A model generated the notes under the pieces. That model worked only from the letters and a program-made list of their open reading frames with translations. It made no database searches and was not told the origin of the DNA. The position numbers were made by a program, and so were the translations under genes. A DNA stretch of 64,000 nucleotides from a virus, in the IMG/VR virus record IMGVR_UViG_3300023174_000068, positions 1 to 64,000 of that record; one strand, given 5' to 3'. Below, one piece after another: positions 1-9,796 of this stretch. Position 1 is the stretch's first letter, and each line of letters starts with the position of its first letter.

Positions 1-1223
1 AGGATATAAGGAGTTCCAGTTTCAATTTGTGATTCTAAGATCTTACTCCAAACTTCTCTTGCTTTAACAGTTCTTTTTACCCGACCTTCAATTTCGTATT
101 TTAAGTAAAGTTGTCTAAACTCCTCGCCATACGTCTCATTTAGACCCTGACACTCATGTGGACACATAAGTGACCAATCTTCATCTAAATCAACTCTTTC
201 CATAAATAGGTCATTCATCCACATAGCTAAGAAAAGGTCTCTTGCTCTAATCTCATCTTTGCCCTGATTTTTACGAAGATCTAAAAATTCCATAATATCC
301 GCGTGCCAGGGCTCCATATAGATAGCAATTGACCCCTTTCGCTTACCGCCGCCCTGGTCAACAGCTCTGGCGGTTTCGTTAAAAATTTTCAAAAAAGGAA
401 TGATTCCATTAGAAGAACCATTTGTTCCGGCAATGTAAGTTCCCTTAGCTCTTACTTTGTTAAATGAAATACCGATACCTCCCGCATTTTTTGAAATTTG
501 AGCCGATTCTTTAAGTGTGTTGAAAATTCCTTCAATAGAGTCATCTTCTGTATCTAAAAGAAAACAAGAACTTAATTGTGGCCTTCCAGTTCCTGAGTTA
601 AATAGTGTTGGGGTAGCATGGGTATAATATCCTTCAGATAGTGTATTATAAGTTTCAATAACTTTTGGTAAATTATCTCCCCAGATTTGAATAGCAGTTC
701 TCATATACATATATTGAGGTCTTTCAGCAACCTCACCGTTTATTTTAAGAAGATAAGATTTTTCAAGAGTTTTAAAACCAAAATAATCAAAGTTATGATC
801 TCTTGAATGCACAATGGCTGAATCTAAGTCGTCTGCATTTTTTTTAACAATCTCTAAAAAAGATTCTGAAACAATAGGTGAATGTTTACCAGTTTTAGGA
901 TTAATATAATTATATAGATCATAAACTGTATCTGAAAAAGACTTTTTTGTTTCTTTATGCAACGCGGTAATTGCCAGCCTAGCAGCTAAAACAGAGTAGT
1001 CAGGGTGCTTTGTTGTAAGCGAGGCAGCTGTCTCTGTTGCCAATTGGTCAAGAGTTGATGTTTTTATATCAGGAGTGACACCTGCTATAACTTTTTGAGC
1101 CACATCAAATGATGAGATCCACTTTGGGTCTAATCCATAAGTTTGTTGATTGATTCTATCAAGAATCTTATCCAACATAACTGGTTCTTTTTTACCGTTT
1201 CTTTTAGTTACTTTTATATTCAT
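1..1223 (-). CDS. nrdA: Ribonucleoside-diphosphate reductase class Ia alpha subunit, 5' part (runs off the window)
   Basis: Manual translation from ATG at 1223: MNIKVTKRNGKKEPVMLDKI (ATP cone) ... ERPQYMYMR ... THATPTLFNSGTGRPQLSSCFLL ... QGGGKRKGSIAIYMEPWH. Not in the ORF track because it is truncated. Confidence 0.95.
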   Translation of the reverse strand, partial: MNIKVTKRNGKKEPVMLDKILDRINQQTYGLDPKWISSFDVAQKVIAGVTPDIKTSTLDQLATETAASLTTKHPDYSVLAARLAITALHKETKKSFSDTVYDLYNYINPKTGKHSPIVSESFLEIVKKNADDLDSAIVHSRDHNFDYFGFKTLEKSYLLKINGEVAERPQYMYMRTAIQIWGDNLPKVIETYNTLSEGYYTHATPTLFNSGTGRPQLSSCFLLDTEDDSIEGIFNTLKESAQISKNAGGIGISFNKVRAKGTYIAGTNGSSNGIIPFLKIFNETARAVDQGGGKRKGSIAIYMEPWHADIMEFLDLRKNQGKDEIRARDLFLAMWMNDLFMERVDLDEDWSLMCPHECQGLNETYGEEFRQLYLKYEIEGRVKRTVKAREVWSKILESQIETGTPYI

Positions 1224-1335
1224 ATTGCCTTATTTTTTTGTTAAATATATATTCTCTCATCAGAAAATGAGTTGGAGAAATGTCTATTTTTTTTAAATTT
1301 TTTATAGTCTGTTAAAAAAATTGTTACTAACATTT

Positions 1336-2301
1336 TTATAAAAAGTCTATGTTGTTTAGTTTATTTAGATTATACTTAAATTTAGAATTATTCAAAATTT
1401 TTGTAATGTCAACCAGTTTAACCTCATAAATCTTCTCAAATGAATCGACATTATAAAGTGAGTTTTGGTAATCAGTCTCTATAACAACTCCTGTGATTAG
1501 TTTTTCTTCTTCAACAATAGAATCAAACCAAACAAATTCAATTTCAGTTCCTACATAGATGTTTCTATTTGAGATTTCCTTTGAATTTTTGCTTTTTCCG
1601 ATATGATTTTGCAACTCTGCAATTATTAGATTTCTCCAATTGTTGTCTAGTAATTTAAACATATTAAAAAGGTTATCAGAAAAATAAACAGATAGCTCAT
1701 TAAATAATTCAATATTAGTAAAACTCTCATCAGAAAGATGCTTTCTAAGTAGTGAATAATATTGATTAAAGTCAACTCTGGAAGGTTTTCTTCTATTGTT
1801 TAGAAAATTAATCTCAGTGTGTTGACTTAAAACTTCATAAACTCTTTCTTTGACTAATTTGCTTCTAATATATAACTCGTTGTCAATAGATTCGGTATGA
1901 TAAATAGAAGATTTATCAACCTCAATTGATTCTTTATAATATGTAGAAAATCCTTCAAATGACTCTTCATCAATTGGATCTTCTTTTTTTCCCTTAAATA
2001 TAGAATCGTATTTTAATGAGTGTTTCCCTTCGATTTTGTGTTTTGAGAGTATAATATCATCGGTTGAATCCTCATTTTTTTCAATTTCCTGATCGGTAAT
2101 CTGTAGGTCATCTTCATCAATTTCAATTATAATATCTATCTCACCATCATCTAAAAAATCTAAATGTGTGTTATCATCCGTAGGTTCAACATCATCTTCT
2201 ACCTTATCATTGTCTATGAATTCAGAATCATTTTCAGAAGACATTTCTAAATTATCTGCATCAAAATCATCTTCTTCTGTTTTAGCCGTTTTTTTAGCCA
2301 T
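1336..2301 (-). CDS. Hypothetical protein with highly acidic N-terminus
   Basis: 321-aa ORF with D/E-rich first ~120 aa, preceded by a TAAAC-N15-TATATAA motif. Confidence 0.8.
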   Translation of the reverse strand: MAKKTAKTEEDDFDADNLEMSSENDSEFIDNDKVEDDVEPTDDNTHLDFLDDGEIDIIIEIDEDDLQITDQEIEKNEDSTDDIILSKHKIEGKHSLKYDSIFKGKKEDPIDEESFEGFSTYYKESIEVDKSSIYHTESIDNELYIRSKLVKERVYEVLSQHTEINFLNNRRKPSRVDFNQYYSLLRKHLSDESFTNIELFNELSVYFSDNLFNMFKLLDNNWRNLIIAELQNHIGKSKNSKEISNRNIYVGTEIEFVWFDSIVEEEKLITGVVIETDYQNSLYNVDSFEKIYEVKLVDITKILNNSKFKYNLNKLNNIDFL

Positions 2302-2317
2302 GAAATTATTTTTAATT

Positions 2318-2344
2318 TTATATAACCAAATAAGATTTAGTTTA
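2318..2344 (-). promoter_or_regulatory. Putative bipartite phage promoter TAAAC-N15-TATATAA
   Basis: Same motif and spacing recur at 4375-4401, 9770-9796, 35878-35904 and 49637-49663. Confidence 0.55.
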
Positions 2345-3511
2345 TTGATCTAAAAATTGATCATTTTCTAAGGTCAGATAAGTCGGATTTAAATTTAACC
2401 TAATTTGTGATTTTAAGAAATCACCATCTCGTTGTTTTAGAAGTTTAAATCTATAAATATTTTGACGCTTCATTTCCTCGGTTCTAATGATAGCAAAAAA
2501 TGTATCAGCAGTTTCAGCTATCGCCTTACTCTCAGGAACCGATTCAAGTGTGATATCGGATGAGTTCCAAGCATCTTTTGCCACTTGAACTCCTGTAATC
2601 ACAGGACACTTATATTTTGCACCTAATGCTCTTAAACCCTCGGCTAACGACTTACCCTTTGAATAAAGATTGTCACCGCCTAATCCCTTTGGAGCAGCAA
2701 CTAATGTGATATAATCGACAATTATTAAATCTATTTTGATATCTTTTTTGTCCCTTAACTTTTGCAGGTAGTAGTCAAAATCTGATACTGTGGCTGTTCC
2801 GGCTGCCCAAAATTTACTAAAAATCTTTCCAACTTTTTTATCAAAAATATCACCACCTTCTTTTATACTACCCAGGCCTCTAATTCTTTTGGTGATCATA
2901 TCGGTGTCTTTAGAAACAGCGTCATAATCATTAATGGGAATCTTTAGGCGCATAGCACCTAGTCTTTTCATAACTTTTCTTTCAGACATTTCTAAGGTTA
3001 TATAAAGCACATTATATCCGGCGTCGGCTGATTTGAAGGCGAAATTTTGCATCCAAAGTGAATTATGACTTAAAATATCATTGGTGTAATACTGTTTATT
3101 TGAACCACTGGAAAGTTGAATATCATACATGTGCGACTTTTGACCAGTTAATCCAATACCCATAACCATTTCTGGGCCGTCTTTTGTCATAATAAAATCA
3201 CCGCAACTTAAATCTTTAGTGCACAACTCAGTCAGGTCACACTTTTTATCGAGGAAATTTAAATTATCACATCTATATACCAAGTGCTCATCGGCACAAA
3301 TCAACTCTTTACCACCAGATGTTTGAATTACCCACTCGTCATATTCTACTGTTTTTCCAATACCCTCAATATCAACCCAACCATTTGGTGTCAGCACTTG
3401 CAAATCCTTAACCTCATAAGCCTCGATGAATTTGTCATAAAGGGGTCTATCATATTTGCCACTCAGAAGACTATCTGCTTCAATTATTTCAAAATTATCT
3501 AAATTATTCAT
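2342..3511 (-). CDS. gp41/DnaB-like replicative helicase, C-terminal half, preceded by a 150-aa C-intein
   Basis: Intein blocks ICADEH and MYDI...YYTNDILSHN followed by S+1; then helicase motifs LYITLEMS, LIIVDYI, VITGVQ, LLKQRDG. Confidence 0.93.
   Translation of the reverse strand: MNNLDNFEIIEADSLLSGKYDRPLYDKFIEAYEVKDLQVLTPNGWVDIEGIGKTVEYDEWVIQTSGGKELICADEHLVYRCDNLNFLDKKCDLTELCTKDLSCGDFIMTKDGPEMVMGIGLTGQKSHMYDIQLSSGSNKQYYTNDILSHNSLWMQNFAFKSADAGYNVLYITLEMSERKVMKRLGAMRLKIPINDYDAVSKDTDMITKRIRGLGSIKEGGDIFDKKVGKIFSKFWAAGTATVSDFDYYLQKLRDKKDIKIDLIIVDYITLVAAPKGLGGDNLYSKGKSLAEGLRALGAKYKCPVITGVQVAKDAWNSSDITLESVPESKAIAETADTFFAIIRTEEMKRQNIYRFKLLKQRDGDFLKSQIRLNLNPTYLTLENDQFLDQ
3062..3511 (-). mobile_element. 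Atypically split intein, C-fragment (150 aa), in DnaB/gp41
   Basis: Block B (CADEH), block F (MYDIQL) and block G (SHN/S) present; no block A. Confidence 0.9.
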
Positions 3512-3599
3512 TAATGAATTTTATACATTTTTCTATAGTTTGTTTTGAGTTTTTAGATAAATGTGTCAATTTTATGGGTTGAGGATAGGCGACAAGCAA
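3504..3599 (-). pseudogene. Probable C-terminal relic of a deleted free-standing endonuclease between the DnaB halves
   Basis: Start-less frame reading ...HLSKNSKQTIEKCIKFINE*, whose end overlaps the ATG of the C-intein gene (ATGAATAA). Confidence 0.45.
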
Positions 3600-3619
3600 T
3601 TCAAGCTATTATGCATTAA

Positions 3620-4351
3620 TTATCGCTTAGTCATTGTAATCCCCTTACTAATTTCGGAGAATAGTGTTCCGAAATCACGAATTGACATTTTGTCATTTTT
3701 CTTATTTTTTAAGACAATTTTACTGACAAAATGACAACATTTGCCGTTGTTAGTCTCTGCCATGATACAATTTAAGGTTTGTATATCCCAACCACCACCA
3801 AGCATATGGTCTAAAGTTTCGAATCCAGATTTTATCTTAAACTTTGATGAGTCCTGAACATGATTTTCTGGATCATCAAAATCAGAACCCATGTCATCAT
3901 CTTGCACAAAATTAGTTGATGACATTTCATCTACTATTGACTTAATTCTATCGGCGGCTTCTACAGCCTTATCAAAATCAGATATTTGGTCTAAGTTTCT
4001 AGTTTCATCAATAATATCAACGGTTCCGGTTTTAAGCCGGTTAGAAAGCACCCAGGCATTGAATTTTGGTTCAATAAAGTTTTTCTCATCGTATTCAGAA
4101 AGTTTGACTTGCAGAATTGATTTAAGTATTTCTTTTGTAATTTGACCCTCTTTGTCTTCTAAAGACACCATATCTAAAATTTGTCTAGCCGTTGGTATCT
4201 TACTGTCGCTTTGAGCTAAAATATAATTTCTTAATACACCATAGACAAACTGAATTTGAGAGTTTCTAAAAAAGTGAGGCTTTACAATATCAAAGTATTT
4301 CTTATACTGTAAAACGTAATTAAAAAAAACTTTTTCAAGCTGAGGTGTCAT
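3620..4351 (-). CDS. gp41/DnaB-like replicative helicase, N-terminal half, ending in a 39-aa N-intein
   Basis: KSGFETLDHMLGGG...LNCIMAETNNGK (Walker A up to GK), then CCHFVSKIVL (intein block A) and a stop. Confidence 0.93.
   Translation of the reverse strand: MTPQLEKVFFNYVLQYKKYFDIVKPHFFRNSQIQFVYGVLRNYILAQSDSKIPTARQILDMVSLEDKEGQITKEILKSILQVKLSEYDEKNFIEPKFNAWVLSNRLKTGTVDIIDETRNLDQISDFDKAVEAADRIKSIVDEMSSTNFVQDDDMGSDFDDPENHVQDSSKFKIKSGFETLDHMLGGGWDIQTLNCIMAETNNGKCCHFVSKIVLKNKKNDKMSIRDFGTLFSEISKGITMTKR
3623..3739 (-). mobile_element. Atypically split intein, N-fragment (39 aa), in DnaB/gp41
   Basis: Cys1 directly follows Walker A GK; splicing to S+1 restores AETNNGKS. Confidence 0.88.
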
Positions 4352-4374
4352 TATTTTATATTTCTATGTCTTTA

Positions 4375-4401
4375 TTATATAAAAAAATGAAAACTGGTTT
4401 A
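4375..4401 (-). promoter_or_regulatory. Putative bipartite promoter TAAAC-N15-TATATAA for the helicase
   Basis: Exact motif and spacing upstream of the ATG at 4351. Confidence 0.55.
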
Positions 4402-4405
4402 GTCT

Positions 4406-5218
4406 CTACTGCTCATTAATTGGCTCACCGTCAGTTTCGCTATCTAACATACCATGTGTAAAATCTCCAAATTTTTGAACAACCGGAGTTTCTATTTCAT
4501 CAATTATATCTTTTTCAGTTGAAGGAGTTATTAGTTTTTTTAACATTCTGAGAACCTCTACCATACCGTGTTTTGCAATTTTAGTTACTATACCAGTTGA
4601 CAAGATGAAAAAATTAGAAATCATTTCATCAACTCCCATATCGTATTTTACAATTATTTTAAGAACAGCATTTATTATTGGAATTAAAATTGCAGTGTAT
4701 GAAAACATATCGATAATTCCACCAATAGCCGCTCCTAAGTGTTTTCCAATTTTAGAAAAAATGTTTTTAATTCCAGTAAGTGCTTTAATCACCTTTTTTA
4801 CAATACCGTCGCCTATGCCTCTCATTCTTAACTCCTCTAACATAGACCGCGAGTCTTTGGTGAGACGGTCTTCTTCTTCTGAACTTTTAGATTTTTTTTC
4901 TTCCAGGTAAATAATGGTAATAGCGGCAATTGTTAATAAAACCGCTGATTGTTTTGAAAGCTCAAAGTTAAAAATTGACATGTTTTCTAACATCTGCATC
5001 ACCACCGGATATAGGGCCCCAATTCCAGCCCCAAAAGTAAACACCAGTTTAGTATCTAATTTTAAGTCAGAAAAGACCTTTTTTTCTATCCTTTTATACA
5101 CCGAATCTTCTTCACTTTTCTGGTCTTCAGATTCATTGACGTTTTGCCAAAGTGATTGGATAAAATCCTCCAATAAAATTTCAGAATGATTAAAGTCGGC
5201 AAATTTTTTTATTGACAT
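4406..5218 (-). CDS. Membrane protein with N-terminal capsid-targeting-like tag
   Basis: MSIKKFADF...LLE start, 3-4 hydrophobic helices, second tag-like VQKFGDF near the C-terminus, AATATATA upstream. Confidence 0.75.
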   Translation of the reverse strand: MSIKKFADFNHSEILLEDFIQSLWQNVNESEDQKSEEDSVYKRIEKKVFSDLKLDTKLVFTFGAGIGALYPVVMQMLENMSIFNFELSKQSAVLLTIAAITIIYLEEKKSKSSEEEDRLTKDSRSMLEELRMRGIGDGIVKKVIKALTGIKNIFSKIGKHLGAAIGGIIDMFSYTAILIPIINAVLKIIVKYDMGVDEMISNFFILSTGIVTKIAKHGMVEVLRMLKKLITPSTEKDIIDEIETPVVQKFGDFTHGMLDSETDGEPINEQ

Positions 5219-5236
5219 AGAGGTATATATTATTTT

Positions 5237-6229
5237 CTACTGATAAAAATCTTCGTCATAAGTTCCGTCTGTATTTTGAAATCTCCAATATAAACCCTCA
5301 GGTTCATAGTTATAGGCCCATTCATCTTGTATGTAACAAAATGTATCCATAAACGGGTATTCTTCTTCAGGAAAAAGAAAAGCGTTCATGATTTTTACTC
5401 TCGTTTTTAATCTTTCTACACCATCGTTTTTGATAAAACTAATTAAACCAGTATTTTTTTCTTTATAATAGTAGTCATGTTCTTTTGCCCATCTTACAAA
5501 ATGAAAATAATCTTTGTCATAAACATAGTAAATTCGGTCCATGATTTTTCTACCCATATAATCCTCCCAGATTAAGGCTCGACCAAGAATCTGTTTCTTT
5601 TGATCCAATAACACCAATAGTTTAACACTTGGCCAATATTGATAAAAGGAAATATACGAGGTGTCATTCATGCAGGAATTCATAAGTGGGTTAATGCCTC
5701 TATCATAATCATTAAAGTGGTACTTTCTTGAAAGATACCCATTTTTAATATCTGAACCAGTCCAGATTTCAAATTCTATATTTTCTTCAAGTGATTTCCA
5801 CTGATTTACAAAATTTTCAATTTCTGAATCTGAAAACTGGTCTTTGAAATATCCCCTTATAAATCTACCTACTTTCATTTCAACACGCGGTGAGTTAGAT
5901 ATAATCTCATCTTGTGAATTGGGGTGTGTCATTTGTTGCATCATTTTTTCACAGTCGGCTGCGTCTCCGTAAGTCGCAATAATCCAGTCTTTAATTCTCC
6001 AACTTTCACTAAATACCACTTTATCTGATTGATTAGATTCACCAATAAAAGTCCATTTACTTGGTCGCTTCCACATAGCATCACCAAAGTCATAAATTCG
6101 ATTAAATTCGTCGGTGATAGGTGACTTAATCTTTTGAATTTTGTGGTAAAAATCTTTCAAGAATATGGTCGGAAGCTCGACTTCACTTTTTGACTCTGCA
6201 ATAAATTGTAAATAACTAAGTAATGACAT
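5237..6229 (-). CDS. Phage hypothetical protein with capsid-targeting-like tag
   Basis: MSLLSYLQFIAE start; motifs MKVGRFI, NSCM, GRALIW, IMDRIY, YPFMDTF that I recall from large-phage hypothetical proteins. Confidence 0.8.
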   Translation of the reverse strand: MSLLSYLQFIAESKSEVELPTIFLKDFYHKIQKIKSPITDEFNRIYDFGDAMWKRPSKWTFIGESNQSDKVVFSESWRIKDWIIATYGDAADCEKMMQQMTHPNSQDEIISNSPRVEMKVGRFIRGYFKDQFSDSEIENFVNQWKSLEENIEFEIWTGSDIKNGYLSRKYHFNDYDRGINPLMNSCMNDTSYISFYQYWPSVKLLVLLDQKKQILGRALIWEDYMGRKIMDRIYYVYDKDYFHFVRWAKEHDYYYKEKNTGLISFIKNDGVERLKTRVKIMNAFLFPEEEYPFMDTFCYIQDEWAYNYEPEGLYWRFQNTDGTYDEDFYQ

Positions 6230-6302
6230 TTCTTTATATATTAAATATCATAAAAAATAAATATTTTTTTAATATATAAAGAATAAAAATACTAAATATA
6301 AT

Positions 6303-6752
6303 ATGAGACACGTAAAGAAATTTGAAGATTATGACTTGGGACCAAGGTTTTCTTCAGAAATGTTTGACAGCCAAGAAGACCCATCAACTGACGATGACCA
6401 TGACAGAGCAATCTCTGAAGAAGAAGAATGCGAGCCATGTGAAGCTGAAGAAGAAACCAATAATGTGATTCTAAAAACAGATGACCAAAGCAATGAAATC
6501 ACTAAAACCGATGATGAGAGGTCTTGGGGCGACGAATCTCAATTGAAAATTGAAAGTGTTAAATCCTTCAAAAGTTTTATTTCCGAAAATAAAAAACAAA
6601 AAAAAGTAACCTATAAAGAATCGGGACTTAAACATCCAGAAAAGGCAGATTTAGATGGCGATAAAAAACTCTCAGAGTGGGAATTGGCCAGAGGAAAAGC
6701 AATTGAAGATGCGATAGAGTCAAGAGAGAAAGAAGATGAGTCAAAAGATTAA
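6303..6752 (+). CDS. Acidic protein with two capsid-targeting-like tags and an EF-hand-like loop
   Basis: MRHVKKFEDY; internal ESVKSFKSFISE; DLDGDKKLSEWE loop. Confidence 0.75.
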   Translation: MRHVKKFEDYDLGPRFSSEMFDSQEDPSTDDDHDRAISEEEECEPCEAEEETNNVILKTDDQSNEITKTDDERSWGDESQLKIESVKSFKSFISENKKQKKVTYKESGLKHPEKADLDGDKKLSEWELARGKAIEDAIESREKEDESKD

Positions 6753-6817
6753 AGCGAGAGAGAGACTAAAAGAAATAAAAAATTCATACGATAATTTTTC
6801 ATGACTAATTAATTTAA

Positions 6818-8089
6818 TTACGCCTCAATCTTAACATTTACTTTTTTAATAGCTTCTTGAATCCAATCTGGTAAAAATTGAGAAGAGTGTTTAATAACAT
6901 CTCCAAATCCACCATCAATAATAATAGTATCAGCATAATCCATTTCAGAACGAACCGGTCTTCCAGTCATTTGTATCAGACCAGAAACGGTTTTCCAACT
7001 ATACCAATCCGGGTTATTTTTTTGTCTTAATTTATTTTTTTGAGATGCAAGACTGGGATAAGGAATTTTAGCAATAATTTGAAAACGAGCCGAATCGTTG
7101 TCAAAACTGACACCAGTATCCATAGACGGGCTTACAATTACGGTGGGTTCTTCTGATTCCATATGTAATCTTAACATTTCATCTTTATTAGATGAGTCAT
7201 GAAATATCAGTCTTGGATTTTTAATAGACGACTGAATCCAATTAGCTAATTCAAAGGAATTGGTGTGAATAATACCCTTTTGCTCTTTATACTTGTCAAG
7301 TAGTTTATTTATGTAAGGAATATATTTTCTAAAAGTTTCTTCTTTAGACTTAAATGACATTTTACCAATCGGCATATAGTAGATTGGTCTATTTTTTTTA
7401 GCAAAAGGTGAAGGTATTGAATAATATACGGCTTTTGATACATCAAGTCCATTTAATTGACAGAATAAATTTTTATCCAGTATTGTTCCCGACATCAAAA
7501 AAACCATATCATAGTGTGAAAAAACATATTTATCTAAATAGTCGTAAGCCCAGATTGGCTCAAGTGATAATTCTTTTTGTTTTGTTTTTTCATTCCAATT
7601 TGATTCTAAGACCCAATTATTAGGATTTTCTTTATACTCCTTTAAGAAAACTTCAATTTTAAGTTGATATTGCTTTAAGTCGGTGATTAAATTCATTATC
7701 TTAACATCTGGATTTCCAGTTTTTAAGACTTTAGACAATTTTAGATCTCTTTTGTCTGACTTTGATGACCTTATCACTCCTGACATACCTCTTTCCATAT
7801 CGGTCATAGTTTCGCTAATTTCTAAGTTGATATACTTAAGAAACTCTACATAGTCTAAAATGGAAGCGGTTGATTTTAGTTTTTTAATTATCTCACGCTC
7901 ATTTGAGAATTTAAACTTTTTGATGACCGTTTCGGTAATTTTAATTGTGATAAAATCAGACATAACATCATCGAAATCATGACAATTGCTAACACAGTGA
8001 TTGTTGGCAAAATAATTATGATTATCCTTTATGTGTAGATTATAAACATCTTCTGTGTAGTCTATTTTACTAATTTTTTTTATTTTCAT
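6818..8089 (-). CDS. DinG/Rad3-like SF2 helicase, C-terminal half, preceded by a 35-aa C-intein
   Basis: MKIKKISKIDYTEDVYNLHIKDNHNYFANNHCVSN|CH; then LMSGTI, SPSMDTGVSF, IIAKIPYP, IQMTGRPVRS. Confidence 0.92.
   Translation of the reverse strand: MKIKKISKIDYTEDVYNLHIKDNHNYFANNHCVSNCHDFDDVMSDFITIKITETVIKKFKFSNEREIIKKLKSTASILDYVEFLKYINLEISETMTDMERGMSGVIRSSKSDKRDLKLSKVLKTGNPDVKIMNLITDLKQYQLKIEVFLKEYKENPNNWVLESNWNEKTKQKELSLEPIWAYDYLDKYVFSHYDMVFLMSGTILDKNLFCQLNGLDVSKAVYYSIPSPFAKKNRPIYYMPIGKMSFKSKEETFRKYIPYINKLLDKYKEQKGIIHTNSFELANWIQSSIKNPRLIFHDSSNKDEMLRLHMESEEPTVIVSPSMDTGVSFDNDSARFQIIAKIPYPSLASQKNKLRQKNNPDWYSWKTVSGLIQMTGRPVRSEMDYADTIIIDGGFGDVIKHSSQFLPDWIQEAIKKVNVKIEA
7985..8089 (-). mobile_element. 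Canonically split intein, C-fragment (35 aa), in DinG-like helicase
   Basis: Basic MKIKKI start, VYNL (block F), HNYFAN..VSN/C (block G). Confidence 0.92.
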
Positions 8090-8972
8090 TTCTAAATTGT
8101 CTCAAATTTTTAATAACCTTCTTCTCACATGGCTGCCCCTTTAATAATTCAGGATTGTAATTTTTTTTAAACCACTTATCTGTAATTAATATAAATTTAT
8201 AACCATTTAGTTTACACCATTTTTTAGCATAATAGATTTTACTTTTTACTTTATCGTTATCCTTGTTAGATAGAGGCTTTATTTCATATAATATCCGATC
8301 TTTGAGGTCTACAAAATCGACAATATAATTAAACTCATCTCCAAGATATTGATAAGGTATTATTAGTTTCTCATATAATAAATTAGTGTTGAATAATTGA
8401 AAATAGGCTTCCCAACTAGATCTAGTTTTGATTTTGACAACTTCGTCCCCCCTTTGTAATTGAACCTCACATTTTGAGTTTGCCCAACTATTTGTAACGT
8501 TTGGGATAAATCTACCTTCTCTAATGTTTTTTTTCATTTTTTTGGAGTTTTTATCACACATTGATTTAAAACTTTCCTCTGTCATTCTATGACAAGTGTT
8601 ATTTTTTCCCATTTGTCTTTTTGATATAGATTTATAATTACAGTCTGGATTTTCACAGAATTTATAAATTCCATATTTTTGATTAACGTTTATATAATCT
8701 TGTCTATTGGGAAACAGTGAAGTCAATTTTCTATTACTATAACAGTTTTCATTTTTACACTTCTTATCCCAGTGTTCTGTTAAATAATTGAAGCAATGTT
8801 GATGGCTTTCAAAAATCAAATTTTTTTGAAATTTACTTATCAAAAAATTTAAAGTCGATATGGCGTCAGATTCTTTTTTTTTATAGATAAATTTTTCTTT
8901 GCAAGATGATAGAAAATCGTAAATCTCATCCTTCTGCATGACTGTCAAATTCATGTGATTCGATTTTTTCAT
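8070..8972 (-). CDS. Free-standing putative homing endonuclease (PD-(D/E)xK, TnsA-like C-terminal domain, Cys-rich N-terminus)
   Basis: RSSWE...YEKLIIPY...YIVDF...LYEIKP motifs; overlaps both split-intein gene halves. Confidence 0.8.
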   Translation of the reverse strand: MKKSNHMNLTVMQKDEIYDFLSSCKEKFIYKKKESDAISTLNFLISKFQKNLIFESHQHCFNYLTEHWDKKCKNENCYSNRKLTSLFPNRQDYINVNQKYGIYKFCENPDCNYKSISKRQMGKNNTCHRMTEESFKSMCDKNSKKMKKNIREGRFIPNVTNSWANSKCEVQLQRGDEVVKIKTRSSWEAYFQLFNTNLLYEKLIIPYQYLGDEFNYIVDFVDLKDRILYEIKPLSNKDNDKVKSKIYYAKKWCKLNGYKFILITDKWFKKNYNPELLKGQPCEKKVIKNLRQFRNENKKN

Positions 8973-9762
8973 TTATATATAAAATCTCATCATCTTCATT
9001 CAGATCCTCTACTTTTTTCCAACTACCATCAGATATTTTGACTTTGTGATTACCTGTTATTCTCAAAATGTCTCCATTATTCATTTCGATTTCATACATC
9101 TGGGCCCCTTTATTCAAATTATGATGCAACTTAACGACGGGTTTATTTTCTATTTCACCAGACTGCTCATTAATAGTTTTCACTAAATCACCAACTTGTA
9201 TGTCTTTAATTTTTTTAGTAGAATTATCCCAAAGAGTTATCTCAGTTTCTGGGTGTAGACACTCGTCCACAATTAACACTCGAGAACCTCTATTTTCTAT
9301 TAATTTTGGATTATAAATTGCATAGAGTATGTAAAGATAGAAATTTGTCAAAGAAATTCCACCAGAAATAAAACTTTCCCTTGCATAAGCATACGGACAA
9401 CTTTCACAAGTAGTTTTATTTAGCCTATTAAATTCAGCACCCTGTGCACAGGAGCAGGAATAGGCATCACACTCATAATTTTCTTTTCCTTTTAGGTCGC
9501 AAATCGATTGATAAGTATCAGAATATTGATTTTGAAGAATTTTAGAGTTGGTGATGATATCTATTTTAGATGACTTATCAACAGTTCTTCTAAACCAATC
9601 AGCAATCATTAAGGCCAAATGGCTTTTACCTGATCCAACAGGCATATTTAGTAGAAAAAACTTATTTAATTTATTTTTCTGGTATTCAGAATCAATAAAA
9701 CTAAGTGCCTCTTTTTGTTCTTTTCTTGGCTTATAAAGACCAAGGTCTTTTTTTAATGACAT
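8926..9762 (-). CDS. DinG/Rad3-like SF2 helicase, N-terminal half, ending in a 111-aa N-intein
   Basis: Q motif PRKEQ, Walker A MPVGSGKS, LKGKENYEC...CESCPY (Fe-S-like Cys), VLIVDE then CLHPETEI. Confidence 0.92.
   Translation of the reverse strand: MSLKKDLGLYKPRKEQKEALSFIDSEYQKNKLNKFFLLNMPVGSGKSHLALMIADWFRRTVDKSSKIDIITNSKILQNQYSDTYQSICDLKGKENYECDAYSCSCAQGAEFNRLNKTTCESCPYAYARESFISGGISLTNFYLYILYAIYNPKLIENRGSRVLIVDECLHPETEITLWDNSTKKIKDIQVGDLVKTINEQSGEIENKPVVKLHHNLNKGAQMYEIEMNNGDILRITGNHKVKISDGSWKKVEDLNEDDEILYINEKIESHEFDSHAEG
8929..9261 (-). mobile_element. Canonically split intein, N-fragment (111 aa), in DinG-like helicase
   Basis: Block A CLHPETEI, IKDIQVGD, block B ITGNH, WKKVEDL and an acidic tail. 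Confidence 0.92.
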
Positions 9763-9769
9763 ACAGGTT

Positions 9770-9796
9770 TTATATTAGAAATAGTTCTAAAGTTTA
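9770..9796 (-). promoter_or_regulatory. Putative bipartite promoter TAAAC-N15-AATATAA
   Basis: Immediately upstream of the ATG at 9762. Confidence 0.5.

Noticed and set aside
3512-3619. Group I intron or ribozyme joining the DnaB halves at RNA level
   Set aside because: Too short for a group I intron, no convincing hammerhead, twister or HDV core by eye, and split-intein motifs already explain the join.
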